A DNA stretch of 40,358 nucleotides from a virus (lineage: Duplodnaviria > Caudoviricetes), in the IMG/VR virus record IMGVR_UViG_3300036805_000147, positions 1-40,358 of that record; one strand, given 5' to 3'. The position numbers were made by a program, and so were the translations under genes. Positions 25,199 through 34,459 of this stretch are shown piece by piece; within the stretch, counting starts at the first letter, position 1; every line of letters starts with the position of its first letter. The notes under the pieces are model-generated. The model searched no databases. It saw only the letters and a program-made list of their open reading frames with translations, and was not told where the DNA came from.

Positions 25199-25626
25199 TG
25201 GCCAGCCAGAGCGAACGGAACCGCGCCCGCGCCCGCATCCTCGCCGTCCTCGACCAACTCGCCGAACACGGCATGACAGGCGACCGCGAAGATCTCACCG
25301 ATCGGCTCATGCTCGCCGCATTCGGACCCCCCAAGGTCAAGCTGCCCAACCAGACGACCTGCGCGGGCTGCGGCCGCATCAAGATCCCGGGCCGTCAGTA
25401 CGCGGCCGACCCGTGGTCGATGGGCAAGCAGGGGTTCGTCCGGCACGGCGCCGGGGACCTGTGCTCCGGGTGCTACAACCGGCAACGCCGGGGCACTTTG
25501 GGACCGTGCACCCCGCGCCCGCCAGAGTCGGCCGGCCCGGCACGGTTCCCCATCTCGCCGGCCATCGTCGCCCAGATGCGGACCGCCGACCCGGAGTACG
25601 CCGAATCCGTCGGAGCCACGTCGTGA
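25198..25626 (+). CDS. zinc-finger protein
   Basis: CAGCGR...RHGAGDLCSGCY; TGATG overlap. Confidence 0.65.
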   Translation: MASQSERNRARARILAVLDQLAEHGMTGDREDLTDRLMLAAFGPPKVKLPNQTTCAGCGRIKIPGRQYAADPWSMGKQGFVRHGAGDLCSGCYNRQRRGTLGPCTPRPPESAGPARFPISPAIVAQMRTADPEYAESVGATS

Positions 25627-25808
25627 GCCGGCCGTCACCGTGCCGACGCCACGCGCCGCCACGGTCACTCGTGCTCACCCAGCCGCAACCGCCGTCCAGC
25701 AGCGAGCGCCGCGAATGGCTCGAACGGCGCCTCGCCCGCCGTCCGCTCACCGTCGGCGACGTGTGGGCCATCACCGACCAACTCGACCAACAGGAGCAGA
25801 CGCGGTGA
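25623..25808 (+). CDS. hypothetical protein
   Basis: GTGA-coupled at both ends. Confidence 0.45.
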   Translation: MSRPSPCRRHAPPRSLVLTQPQPPSSSERREWLERRLARRPLTVGDVWAITDQLDQQEQTR

Positions 25809-26281
25809 CCGACCAGGCGCTGTTCGAACAACACACCGCCCCAACAGCCGCGCACGACCTCGTCGTGTTCGTGGCCGGGAAACCCGCGCCACAGGGATCG
25901 AAACGCTACCTTGGCGTCAAGGGCGGTAAGGGCATCACCGTCGAATCCAGCAAGGCCGTCGCACCATGGCGAGCCGACGTCCGCTCCGCAGTCCAGGCCG
26001 CCACATTCGACCCGATCCCGGCCGGTGCTGGCGCTGTCGTGCACCTGGTGTTCGTCATGCCACGCCCGGCCAGCACGCCGAAACGGCGCACACCACCGGC
26101 GGTGAAGCGGCCCGACCTGGACAAGCTGATTCGCGCTGTGCTGGACGCGCTGTCGTCGGCTGGCGTGTGGCACGACGACAGCCAGGTCGTCAACCTGCGT
26201 GCCGCCAAGTGCATCGCCTCACCTGGCGACCGCACCGGCTGCCACATCGTCGTCACCCGACTCGAGGAGGCTCGACCATGA
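25805..26281 (+). CDS. rusA: RusA-like Holliday junction resolvase
   Basis: V.GKPAPQGSKR, ESSK...WR, F.MPRP, KRPDLDKLIRAVLDAL...VWHDDSQVV. Confidence 0.92.
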   Translation: MTDQALFEQHTAPTAAHDLVVFVAGKPAPQGSKRYLGVKGGKGITVESSKAVAPWRADVRSAVQAATFDPIPAGAGAVVHLVFVMPRPASTPKRRTPPAVKRPDLDKLIRAVLDALSSAGVWHDDSQVVNLRAAKCIASPGDRTGCHIVVTRLEEARP

Positions 26282-26496
26282 CCGCGCTGCGACGGCAAGT
26301 CGACCGCGCCATGACCGCCGCGCTCGCCGAACACGGACACCACCTGTCCGACCGCACCATCGCCATCCTCGCCAAAGCCGTCTGCGAACGCATCATCTGG
26401 CCGGTCATGGCCACACACACCACCGAACTCGACCAAGCACGGCAACGCATCACCGAACTCGAACACGCACTCGACCAAGGCGGAGGGACGCCATGA
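26278..26496 (+). CDS. hypothetical protein
   Basis: ATGA overlap, SD GAGGAGG, C-terminal coiled coil. Confidence 0.6.
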   Translation: MTALRRQVDRAMTAALAEHGHHLSDRTIAILAKAVCERIIWPVMATHTTELDQARQRITELEHALDQGGGTP

Positions 26497-26723
26497 CGGC
26501 CAGCCTGTTCGGTGAACCGGCCGGCCGGCGCCGCGAGCACGTCGAGTACGGCCTGCGCTACCCCGACGGCCAGGTCAGCCAGGTCAGCGAGTACTGCGCC
26601 CGCCACCCGGCCGACGTCCCCGGCATGCGCGGCGTTCGAGCCGTCCAACGCACCGTCGTCACCTACACCGGCCGATGGGAAGCCATGGCCTACCAACATG
26701 GCCAGACAGCCGTCGAGCCGTGA
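26493..26723 (+). CDS. hypothetical protein
   Basis: ATGA overlap, SD GGAGG; VEYGLRYPDG..VQRTV. Confidence 0.6.
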   Translation: MTASLFGEPAGRRREHVEYGLRYPDGQVSQVSEYCARHPADVPGMRGVRAVQRTVVTYTGRWEAMAYQHGQTAVEP

Positions 26724-27037
26724 GCAAAGCATGGTCGAGTGGAAGCACCGCACGCTGGCGACGGATCAGGCTCGCCGTGCAGGCCCGGCCGGACGGCTGG
26801 ACGTGCCACCTGTGCGGCAAACCCATCCCGCGCAGCCTGCCACGCGAGCATCCGCAGGCGTGGCAGGCGCATCACACGCGTGACCGGCGGCTTGTGGGTG
26901 ACGACCTGCGGTTCATCGTGCCCAGTCATCGTCTGTGCAACCAGAAGGCGGGGCAGCCTGGCCGTGTCGAGGGTGAGCACGAGGTGCCGGGGTGGCTGGC
27001 TGACAGGCTCCTCTCGGACCGGTCGAACCGGACATGA
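26720..27037 (+). CDS. terminase-associated HNH endonuclease
   Basis: WRRIR..V...DGWTCHLCG.PI..L...HP....HH....HRLCN..G, immediately upstream of terminase. Confidence 0.8.
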   Translation: MSKAWSSGSTARWRRIRLAVQARPDGWTCHLCGKPIPRSLPREHPQAWQAHHTRDRRLVGDDLRFIVPSHRLCNQKAGQPGRVEGEHEVPGWLADRLLSDRSNRT

Positions 27038-27325
27038 CAGACGTGTGAGACGTTCAAGACTTCGATCATGAGTCCACATGGCACGATCAACAAGGCTCTG
27101 ACCTGCGCAAACGTAGATCACTTCACACGACCGCGCAACGCTTTGACCTGCGGTTTTTCAAGACAGTCGATCACCATGACATCCGCTCCCTTGTGATCCT
27201 CCCTCCCCAGGGATGGTGACCTTCCCGGGTCAAGCCGACACGTTGTCCGCCCTGCGAACGGTTCTGTCCGATAGTCGGACAGTTGGCCGTACACTGTGGC
27301 CGTCTGGCGCGTACGGGAGGTGATC

Positions 27326-27748
27326 GTGGCCGATTCGCGGGTTCTGACGTCGGCTGATCGGCTTCTCGCGCCGGTTGTGACGGCCTCGTTGGCCGCGTTG
27401 TCCCTGCCCCCCGAGGACGACGCGGCCGCGAGGTTGGCCGAGGCGTATGCGCGTGCCCTGGACGGCGCTGCGGGCATGGAGGCGGCTGCCCGGAAGGTGC
27501 TGCGGGAGGCGGCCGCTGCCGGTCGCGATGAGGATCTGATGGAGCGGGTGGAGGCGCTGACGCAGGCTCTGTCGGCTCGGAAGGTGCTCGGCGAGATCGG
27601 CCCGAAGTTGGCGGCAGTGTTGGGTGAGTTGGGGGCGACGCCGAGGGCGCGTGCGGCGATGGCGAAGGCCCAGCCGCAGCAGGCCGCACCTGATCCGGCG
27701 TCGGCCGGCCTGCTGCGGATGGTGCAGGGGGTGCCGCCCGGTGCTTGA
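27326..27748 (+). CDS. terminase small subunit
   Basis: D.AA..LA..YA..LD and GPKL.AVL.ELGATPRARA motifs; SD GGAGGT before GTG 27326. Confidence 0.85.
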   Translation: MADSRVLTSADRLLAPVVTASLAALSLPPEDDAAARLAEAYARALDGAAGMEAAARKVLREAAAAGRDEDLMERVEALTQALSARKVLGEIGPKLAAVLGELGATPRARAAMAKAQPQQAAPDPASAGLLRMVQGVPPGA

Positions 27749-29507
27749 CACCCTGAGCGACCGAACCTCGGACATCCTCGCCTACGTCAACGCCCGTCCA
27801 CAGGGCGTCGCAACGGGCGAGGTCATGTCGGAGTTCGGTGATGACGGGCGCCGGTACCTTGCTCGGCTCGCGGCTGCGGGTCGTATCCACCGTGCTCGAC
27901 GTGGCTTCTACACTCCTGTCCCAACGTCCCAAGAGGTAGTTCCAACCGTTCCTCCGCAGGCCAGCGGTCCGGTCGTGGTCGGCGGCGACGTTTCGGTCCG
28001 GCAGGAGCTGCTGTCACAGCCTGCTGCCGGCGGCCTGGTTGGCCGGACGGAGCCGCGCCTGTTCACGCCGCCGTTGCGGCCGTTGGACCGGTCGAACTCC
28101 TGGGGTTTCGCGGTCGTCGACTTCGCTCAGATGATCGGCGCTCCGCTGCTGCCGTGGCAGCAGTGGGTGGTGATCCACGCGTTGGAGTTGGCGCCCGGTT
28201 GTACGACGGCTGAGGCTGGTTGGCGGTTCAGGTTCCGCACAGTGCTGGTCATGGTGGCACGCCAGAACGGCAAGTCGCACCTGTCGAGGATCTTGGCGCT
28301 GTTCAAGCTGTACGTACTGCGGATGGCGTTGGTGGTGGGTACGGCGCAGGACGTGACTATCGCGCTGCGCATGCTCGAGGCGACCAACTCGCTGGTCAGC
28401 GGTTGCCCGGCGTTGGCGTCGCAGCGAGTCGCGTTCCGCCGCGGCAACGGCAAGGAGAGTTTGACGCTCACGGGGGAACGGGAGCACATCATCCGGGCGG
28501 CGAACGAGGACGCTGCCCGTGGTCTGACGATCGACCACTTGACCGTCGACGAACTGCGGACGCACACGTCGTGGGCGGCGTGGTCGGCGCTGTCGAAGAC
28601 GCTGAACGCGGTCCCCAACGGGCAGGCGTGGCTGTACTCCAACGCTGGCGGCGAGGAGTCCGTCGTCCTGAACCAGATCCGGTCGAACGCCCTGAACGGC
28701 CGGACCCCGTCGCTGTTCATCGCCGAATACTCCGCGCCCGATGGATGTGCACTGGACGACCGCGAGGCGTGGGAGCAGGCCGACCCGGCGCTGGGCTATC
28801 TGATCAGCGAGGACGCGATCCAATCGAGTCTCGACACCGATCCGCCGGCGATCTTCCGGACCGAGGTGCTGTGCCAGGCCGTGGCGTCCCTGGACGGCGC
28901 GGTGGACCTGGCGGCGTGGCGGTCGGCCGCCGACGCGGTGGGCAACGGGTTGGCCGAGGCGGAGCGGTTGGTGTTGTGCCTGGACATCTCACCGGAGGAC
29001 GGGTCGGTGATTCTGCTCGGCGCGGCACCGCTGCCGGACGGTCGGACGCGGGTGCAGGTGCTGCACACGTGGCGGACGTTCAATGAGTCGCTGGCCGACC
29101 TGAAGGCGATCGACGAGGTGCTCCGTCCGGAGCGGTTTGGCTGGTTCCCGTCGGGGCCCGCCGCAGGGTCGGCCACGGACATTCGGCACCTGTTCGCCAT
29201 CAAGACAAGTTCGGTGGGGAAGCCGATGTTCCGCCGCGGTTTCGAACTGGTCGAACTGACCGGTAGCGATGTGACCGAGTTGTGTCAGGAGTTCGCTGCT
29301 CTGGTGGCGGCCGGGCAAGTGGTGCATTCCGGGGACAAGGTGTTGGACGGGCACATCGCGGGGGCGAAGAAGTGGAACTCGGGTGACGGGTGGCGGTTCG
29401 TGCGCCGCGGTCAGGGGAATGTGCACGGCGCCTATGCGGCGGCCGGGGCGGTTCGGTTGGCGCGGACTCTGCCGGCGCCTCGTAAGCGAGTGAGGTTGGT
29501 GGTCTAG
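27741..29507 (+). CDS. terminase large subunit with an extra N-terminal wHTH-like region
   Basis: G.TEPRLFTPPL, LLPWQ, Walker A VARQNGKS, ARGLT....VDELR Walker B, SNAG, FRTEVLCQ and CLDIS nuclease motifs. Confidence 0.93.
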   Translation: MLDTLSDRTSDILAYVNARPQGVATGEVMSEFGDDGRRYLARLAAAGRIHRARRGFYTPVPTSQEVVPTVPPQASGPVVVGGDVSVRQELLSQPAAGGLVGRTEPRLFTPPLRPLDRSNSWGFAVVDFAQMIGAPLLPWQQWVVIHALELAPGCTTAEAGWRFRFRTVLVMVARQNGKSHLSRILALFKLYVLRMALVVGTAQDVTIALRMLEATNSLVSGCPALASQRVAFRRGNGKESLTLTGEREHIIRAANEDAARGLTIDHLTVDELRTHTSWAAWSALSKTLNAVPNGQAWLYSNAGGEESVVLNQIRSNALNGRTPSLFIAEYSAPDGCALDDREAWEQADPALGYLISEDAIQSSLDTDPPAIFRTEVLCQAVASLDGAVDLAAWRSAADAVGNGLAEAERLVLCLDISPEDGSVILLGAAPLPDGRTRVQVLHTWRTFNESLADLKAIDEVLRPERFGWFPSGPAAGSATDIRHLFAIKTSSVGKPMFRRGFELVELTGSDVTELCQEFAALVAAGQVVHSGDKVLDGHIAGAKKWNSGDGWRFVRRGQGNVHGAYAAAGAVRLARTLPAPRKRVRLVV

Positions 29508-29776
29508 TGGCAACCGTCCCTGTTCCCGCGCCGGCGGACCGGTCGTGGCTGGAGATGACCGGCGCGACCCCGGTGCTGGCCCGGCTGCGTTCGGCCGCCG
29601 CCCGCCTGGTGTCGGCGACGCGTAGCCGGCTGCCCGGCGTGACGCAGGCGGCCGGGGTGGCGTCGGTGTCGGCGGGGGTGTTCGTGCTCGCCGGGCTGGG
29701 TGTCGGCCTGGTTGTGACCGGTGTACTCGCGGTCGGGTTGGGTGTCCTGTTCGAGCCGACGTCGAAGGGACGCTGA
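29507..29776 (+). CDS. small membrane protein between terminase and portal
   Basis: Hydrophobic C-terminal half; coupled overlaps. Confidence 0.65.
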   Translation: MATVPVPAPADRSWLEMTGATPVLARLRSAAARLVSATRSRLPGVTQAAGVASVSAGVFVLAGLGVGLVVTGVLAVGLGVLFEPTSKGR

Positions 29777-31350
29777 TGGGCCTGCGCGGGGCGTTCGTGC
29801 GCTCAATCGGACACATCCCGGACCCGCAGCCGACGACGGGGCCGCGACTGTCGTTCTTCGCGAACCTGTTCAACTCGGTCGGCGTCGCACCGCAGGGAGT
29901 GTCCGGAACCTCGGGTCTCGCGCTGTACTACGACGTCATGTCGATCCCCGCGTTCTGGCGCGGGTCGAACCTGCTCTCGGATCTGCTGGCCCAGGTGGAT
30001 TGGGACGCCTACACGATCCACGGCCGGGACCAGGAGGAGTTGGTGTCGCCGCGGCCGTCGCTGTTGGAGCAGCCCGCGCCGCCGGACACCCGGTACACCA
30101 CGTTCAAAAGCCAGTTCCTGGACTACCTGATCAACGGCAACGCGATCTCGGTCATCGCGACACGTGACGCGGCGGGGAAGCCGACGTCGTTCTGGCCGGT
30201 GCCGGCGGCCTGGTGCGGTGTGCGTCGGGTCGGCCCGGGTGCGTCGTCGATGCTGCCGGTGGGGACGGTCGAGTATTCGATCGCCGGCCAGTCCTACGCG
30301 GCGTCGGACGTGTTGCACGTGAAGGGTGCGTGTGCGCCGGGGTCGCTGCGCGGGTTCGGCATCCTGGAAGCCCACTTTGCGGGTGCGATCGCGACGGCGC
30401 ACGAGCAGCAGCGGTACGTGCGGAACATGTCGCGGCCCGGTGTGCCGCCCGGCTACCTGCGGATCACCGGCGACGATGCGAAGGATCCCGAGGAGCTGGA
30501 AGAAGCCAAGCGGGACTGGATGCGGCAGCGCGACGAGGGCGGCGTCGCCGCGTTGAACGCGAACGTCGAGTTCCAGGCCATCGCGTGGAACCCGGACCAG
30601 ATGCAGTTGGTGGAGGCCCGGCAACTCAGCCTGAACGAGATCGCGAACCTGCTCGGCCTGCCCTCCGGGTTCGTGAACTCCACCAACTCCGGCGGTACGA
30701 GCCTCACCTACGCCACCGTCGACTCCGAAGCGCTCGGCCTGCTCAAGTGGACCATGGGCGGTCACTTCGTCAACTGGGAACAGACACTGTCCCTGGCGAT
30801 GCCGCACGGTACGAAGGTCCGCGCGAACCTGGACCACTTCCTGCGCGGCGACACCCAGTCCCGCTACACCGCCTACTCGCTGGGTATCTCTTCCGGTTGG
30901 TTGCGCCGTTCCGAGGTGCGCAGCATGGAACGGCTGCCGGTGGTGCCCGGCATCGACGACATGCCGCCCACCGACGCGGTGCAGCTGAAGCTGAACAAGG
31001 AAGCGCCGGTGGACCAGCCGGCCATCTTGCAGCCCCGCGACCACCCGGTGCCGGTGGTTCCGGCGTTGGCTTCTCGGGTGCCGGAGTTGGATGCGGCCGG
31101 CGGCCAGCGTGCCGTGTCGCGGCTGCCGCTCACCGAACACGGCCTGAACCTGTGGAGGTGGCTGACCGGACCGGAGGGCATGGCCGAGTACTTGCCCAAG
31201 CCGCATCCGTGGACGGCGTTGCGGGACTTCCTGCTCGCCCACGACGTGCCAGCGCACGAAGTGGAGGGTGAGGCAACGAACATCATGTTGGCTACGCCTG
31301 CCGGTAGGGCGGCATTCGCGGCGCATCATCAGGGAGGACACCATGGGTGA
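29776..31350 (+). CDS. portal protein (HK97 family) with C-terminal extension
   Basis: SIPAFWR, L..GNA, DVLH, Q.VEARQ...EIA..LGLP, LRGD..SRY, G.L..SEVR..E.LP. Confidence 0.93.
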   Translation: MGLRGAFVRSIGHIPDPQPTTGPRLSFFANLFNSVGVAPQGVSGTSGLALYYDVMSIPAFWRGSNLLSDLLAQVDWDAYTIHGRDQEELVSPRPSLLEQPAPPDTRYTTFKSQFLDYLINGNAISVIATRDAAGKPTSFWPVPAAWCGVRRVGPGASSMLPVGTVEYSIAGQSYAASDVLHVKGACAPGSLRGFGILEAHFAGAIATAHEQQRYVRNMSRPGVPPGYLRITGDDAKDPEELEEAKRDWMRQRDEGGVAALNANVEFQAIAWNPDQMQLVEARQLSLNEIANLLGLPSGFVNSTNSGGTSLTYATVDSEALGLLKWTMGGHFVNWEQTLSLAMPHGTKVRANLDHFLRGDTQSRYTAYSLGISSGWLRRSEVRSMERLPVVPGIDDMPPTDAVQLKLNKEAPVDQPAILQPRDHPVPVVPALASRVPELDAAGGQRAVSRLPLTEHGLNLWRWLTGPEGMAEYLPKPHPWTALRDFLLAHDVPAHEVEGEATNIMLATPAGRAAFAAHHQGGHHG

Positions 31351-31999
31351 GCTGTTCTACCGCCCATTCGGCGGTGAGATCGAAGTCCGGTCAATCGCCC
31401 AGGGCGGGGACGGGCGCACCGTGTTCGGGGCCGCAGTCCCATTCGACCATCCGGTGCAGATCGACCGGAACCTGATCGAGGAATGGGACCGCGGCGCGTT
31501 CAACCACCAGATGCGGGCCATGCACCGTGTGCCGCTGTTCGACCTGCACGACGTGCACGGCGGCGTGCGGGTCGGGAAGCTGACGATGGCGCGCGCGGAT
31601 CCGAAGCATCTGTTCGTGGAAGGCCATGTGAATGACTCTCCCGAAGGGGACGACTATCTGGACAGGATCCGGGACGGCAAGAGGCCGCACTTCTCCATCG
31701 CGTTCGACAACCCGCTGAACCGGCGACGCGGCAACATCACACGACGAGTGAAGGCGGACCTGATGCATGTGGCCGGAGTACCCGAGGGAGCGTTCGGCGG
31801 GGCTGCTGCCCTGGCCGGTGTGCGGGCGTTGACGATGGAGGGCGCCGGACAGGGGATCGTGCCGCCGTCCGACGCGGACACCGAGCACCACCACGTCATG
31901 TCGTTGATGGACGTGCTGGCCGGCTGTACCCCGGAGGAGTGCGCCGAGTTGGCGAAGCTGGCCGATCAGATGGTCGAGGAAGGAAGCCACCTGTCATGA
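31343..31999 (+). CDS. HK97-type prohead protease
   Basis: GRTVFG.AVPF, E....GAF, LHD (His), FSIAF (Ser), A.L.HV..V..GAF.GA....VR. Confidence 0.85.
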   Translation: MGELFYRPFGGEIEVRSIAQGGDGRTVFGAAVPFDHPVQIDRNLIEEWDRGAFNHQMRAMHRVPLFDLHDVHGGVRVGKLTMARADPKHLFVEGHVNDSPEGDDYLDRIRDGKRPHFSIAFDNPLNRRRGNITRRVKADLMHVAGVPEGAFGGAAALAGVRALTMEGAGQGIVPPSDADTEHHHVMSLMDVLAGCTPEECAELAKLADQMVEEGSHLS

Positions 32000-32247
32000 G
32001 CAAGTTCGATGACCTGACCGCACAGTTGGCGGCGAAGGGTGCGACCGACCCGGCTGCCCTGGCCGCGCACATCGGGCGCAAGAAGTACGGGCACGCCGGC
32101 CTACAGGCGTTGCAGGCGGCCGGAATCGCGAAGCAGCACGCCGGCTATGACACTGGCATGGCCAGTCGCGCGGTCGATCCGAAGATGCCGCCGAACATGT
32201 TGGAGGCGGCGCGCCTGGTCGCGGCGCTTCCGGTGCTGCCTATCTGA
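31996..32247 (+). CDS. small conserved phage protein
   Basis: F..L...LAAKGA.DP.ALAA.IGRKKYG motif; ATGA overlap. Confidence 0.65.
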   Translation: MSKFDDLTAQLAAKGATDPAALAAHIGRKKYGHAGLQALQAAGIAKQHAGYDTGMASRAVDPKMPPNMLEAARLVAALPVLPI

Positions 32248-32397
32248 GGTATCATCGCCCGGGACAACAACTGCATAGGCCGACACCTCGTACGCCAGCC
32301 GACACCCCCACCGAAGACCATGGTGGACACCCCGGTGCAGGCGTGACGACACCCCGGTCGAGTGACTGAACATTCCACTCGACGCTGGGAGCGTGTC

Positions 32398-33762
32398 GTG
32401 TCCAACGAGACCATTGTTGTCACCAATCCCTATCTGCTGAAGCTGCGCGAGCAGTACCGGTCCTTGCAGACCGGTATCAACGACTTGCAGCAGCGCGCTG
32501 TCAACGAGAAGCGTGACCTCAGCGAAGACGAACTGAAGACCATCACCGGTCAGGCCACCGAGGCCCGCAGTGTCGCCGAGCAGATCCAGACCCTGACCGA
32601 GCAGGAGAAGCGGAACCTGTCGGTCGGGCAGCTCGCCGCCGATCTGGATCACGCCGCGGACAACACGCGCGGCGCCGGCCAGGACGACGGCACGAGCCGT
32701 GCCCGCACGCAGGATCGCGACCCGGGCCACTATCGGTCGGTGAAGCAGGGCGGCAAGCAGTCGTTCTTCCGGGACCTGTACCTGGCTGGTCAGAGCAAGG
32801 ACTCGGAGGCGCAGCGCCGTCTCGACGAGCACATGCGTGCCGTCACGCAGGCATCCGGTGGTACCGGTCTGCTGCCGCCGAAGTGGCTGACCGACGAGTA
32901 CCTGGCGCTGGGCCGGCAGAACCGCGTCCTGGCGAACCTGGTGCGGCGGATCCCGCTGGGCGATGACCCGCGGCCGCTGAACCTGCCCAAGCAGACCGCG
33001 CAGACCGACGCGAACCTGCTCCAGCAGACCCCCACCGAAGGTGTCAACCAGTCCGGCTGGGGCACCGACCGGTTCACCACCGACAAGGACGTCCTGACCC
33101 CGAACACGTTCGGCGCGTTCCAGGACGTGTCCCGCCAGTTGCTCAACGCCTCCGACCCCGCCGTGGACTCGCTGATCATGGGTGACCTGCGGGCCGCGTG
33201 GGACGCCAAGGTGGAGGCGCTGGTCGGCGCGGCGGTCGTTGCCGGCGGCACGGTTTCGGCCACGCTCGCCACGCTCGCTGACGCCACCACGGACGCCGCG
33301 CTGATCGACGCTGTGGTGGACGCGCAGACCGCTGTCGCCGGGGACTTGTACGGCCCGGCGGACATCGCGGCGATGTCGTACTTCTCGTTCGGCGTGTTCC
33401 GGAAGCTGAAGGACGGCAACAACCGGCCGTTGATGCCGGTCACGCGGTACAACCCGCAGAACGCCACCGGCCAGTTGGGCAACGTGCTGGTCGGTGACAT
33501 CGAGGGTGTCGACGCCTACGGCACGATCGGCATCAAGCGGGTCACCACAGGGTCGGCGCCGATCGTGGAGACCGAGACCATCGCGGTGATGCGGTCGCAG
33601 GCCGTGCTCCTGGCCGAGTCCGACCTGTTGCAGTTCTCCTACGACCAGGTGGTCGGCCCGGCCGCGGTGCGGATGGGCATCTTCGGCTACGTCGGCGTGC
33701 TGGTTCGCCGCCCGGTCTCGGTGCAGCTCATCGTGATCACCGACGCGGTGGCGAACGACTGA
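32398..33762 (+). CDS. major capsid protein (HK97 fold, N-terminal scaffold/delta domain)
   Basis: Coiled-coil N-terminus (RDLSEDE), SFFRD, GG.GLLPP.WL..Y, VSRQLL..S.P..D, LKDGNNRPL. Confidence 0.92.
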   Translation: MSNETIVVTNPYLLKLREQYRSLQTGINDLQQRAVNEKRDLSEDELKTITGQATEARSVAEQIQTLTEQEKRNLSVGQLAADLDHAADNTRGAGQDDGTSRARTQDRDPGHYRSVKQGGKQSFFRDLYLAGQSKDSEAQRRLDEHMRAVTQASGGTGLLPPKWLTDEYLALGRQNRVLANLVRRIPLGDDPRPLNLPKQTAQTDANLLQQTPTEGVNQSGWGTDRFTTDKDVLTPNTFGAFQDVSRQLLNASDPAVDSLIMGDLRAAWDAKVEALVGAAVVAGGTVSATLATLADATTDAALIDAVVDAQTAVAGDLYGPADIAAMSYFSFGVFRKLKDGNNRPLMPVTRYNPQNATGQLGNVLVGDIEGVDAYGTIGIKRVTTGSAPIVETETIAVMRSQAVLLAESDLLQFSYDQVVGPAAVRMGIFGYVGVLVRRPVSVQLIVITDAVAND

Positions 33763-34109
33763 TGGGTATGTGGGTGGAGCTGGCCAAACTCCAGCGCGGT
33801 GATGACCCTGTCCTGGTCGCCACCGGCCGATTCCGCCGGATCGACTCTGGAACCGAGTTGGTCCTGTCCGAGATCACACGCCGGGACGGAACGCCGTACG
33901 AGGGCCATTGGGGGTTCACGTTCGCCTCCGGCGGACGTGTGCTGGCCGATTACCCGACCGAGCACGATGCGCGGGCGGCTCTGCTCGACGCGGCGGGACC
34001 GATGGCGTTCACGGTGCAGGGAACGGATTCCGTACCGTCCGAGAAGCCGAGCAGGGCGCCCCGCAAGCCGCGCACACAGGCCGTCTCCGACCAGGAGTCG
34101 GCCGGCTGA
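33762..34109 (+). CDS. hypothetical protein after the capsid gene
   Basis: TGATG-coupled ORF. Confidence 0.6.
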   Translation: MGMWVELAKLQRGDDPVLVATGRFRRIDSGTELVLSEITRRDGTPYEGHWGFTFASGGRVLADYPTEHDARAALLDAAGPMAFTVQGTDSVPSEKPSRAPRKPRTQAVSDQESAG

Positions 34110-34459
34110 TGACGAACACGTGGCCACCGACCGTCGCTGACGTAAAGATCGACGCCGGCATCACGGTCGACACCGACGACACCGTGCTGGCGACGGAGTT
34201 GGCGGCGGCGGTGGCCTTCGTGCGCGACAAGCGGAAGCGGTTCAACTACGACGCCGACCCGCTGTGTGACCTGCCGAACCCGACCGACGACCTGTGGTTG
34301 GGGACGGTGCGCCTGGCCGGCCGGTGGCATTCCCGCCGCCGCTCGGTCGATGGCCTGGTCGACATGGGTGACCTGGGTGCGGCCCGCGTGCCGTCGGTGG
34401 ATCCGGACATCGAACGTCTGTTGGGGATCGGTCGATTCGCGAAGGGGGCGTTCGCATGA
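34109..34459 (+). CDS. head-to-tail adaptor
   Basis: WPPT...K......D..L...L.AA, LG.V.LA.R..RR.S..G...G....RV...DPDIERLL. Confidence 0.85.
   Translation: MTNTWPPTVADVKIDAGITVDTDDTVLATELAAAVAFVRDKRKRFNYDADPLCDLPNPTDDLWLGTVRLAGRWHSRRRSVDGLVDMGDLGAARVPSVDPDIERLLGIGRFAKGAFA

Noticed and set aside
22849-25668. 939-aa minus-strand ORF and similar antisense ORFs (19057-20811, 29803-31344, 38644-40128)
   Set aside because: They lie antisense to well-supported genes, carry no motifs, and are expected in high-GC DNA.
27098-27152. TGACCTGC motif twice here and inverted near 8268
   Set aside because: It is a short motif I recall as common in actinomycete intergenic DNA, and there are too few copies to assign a phage-specific role.
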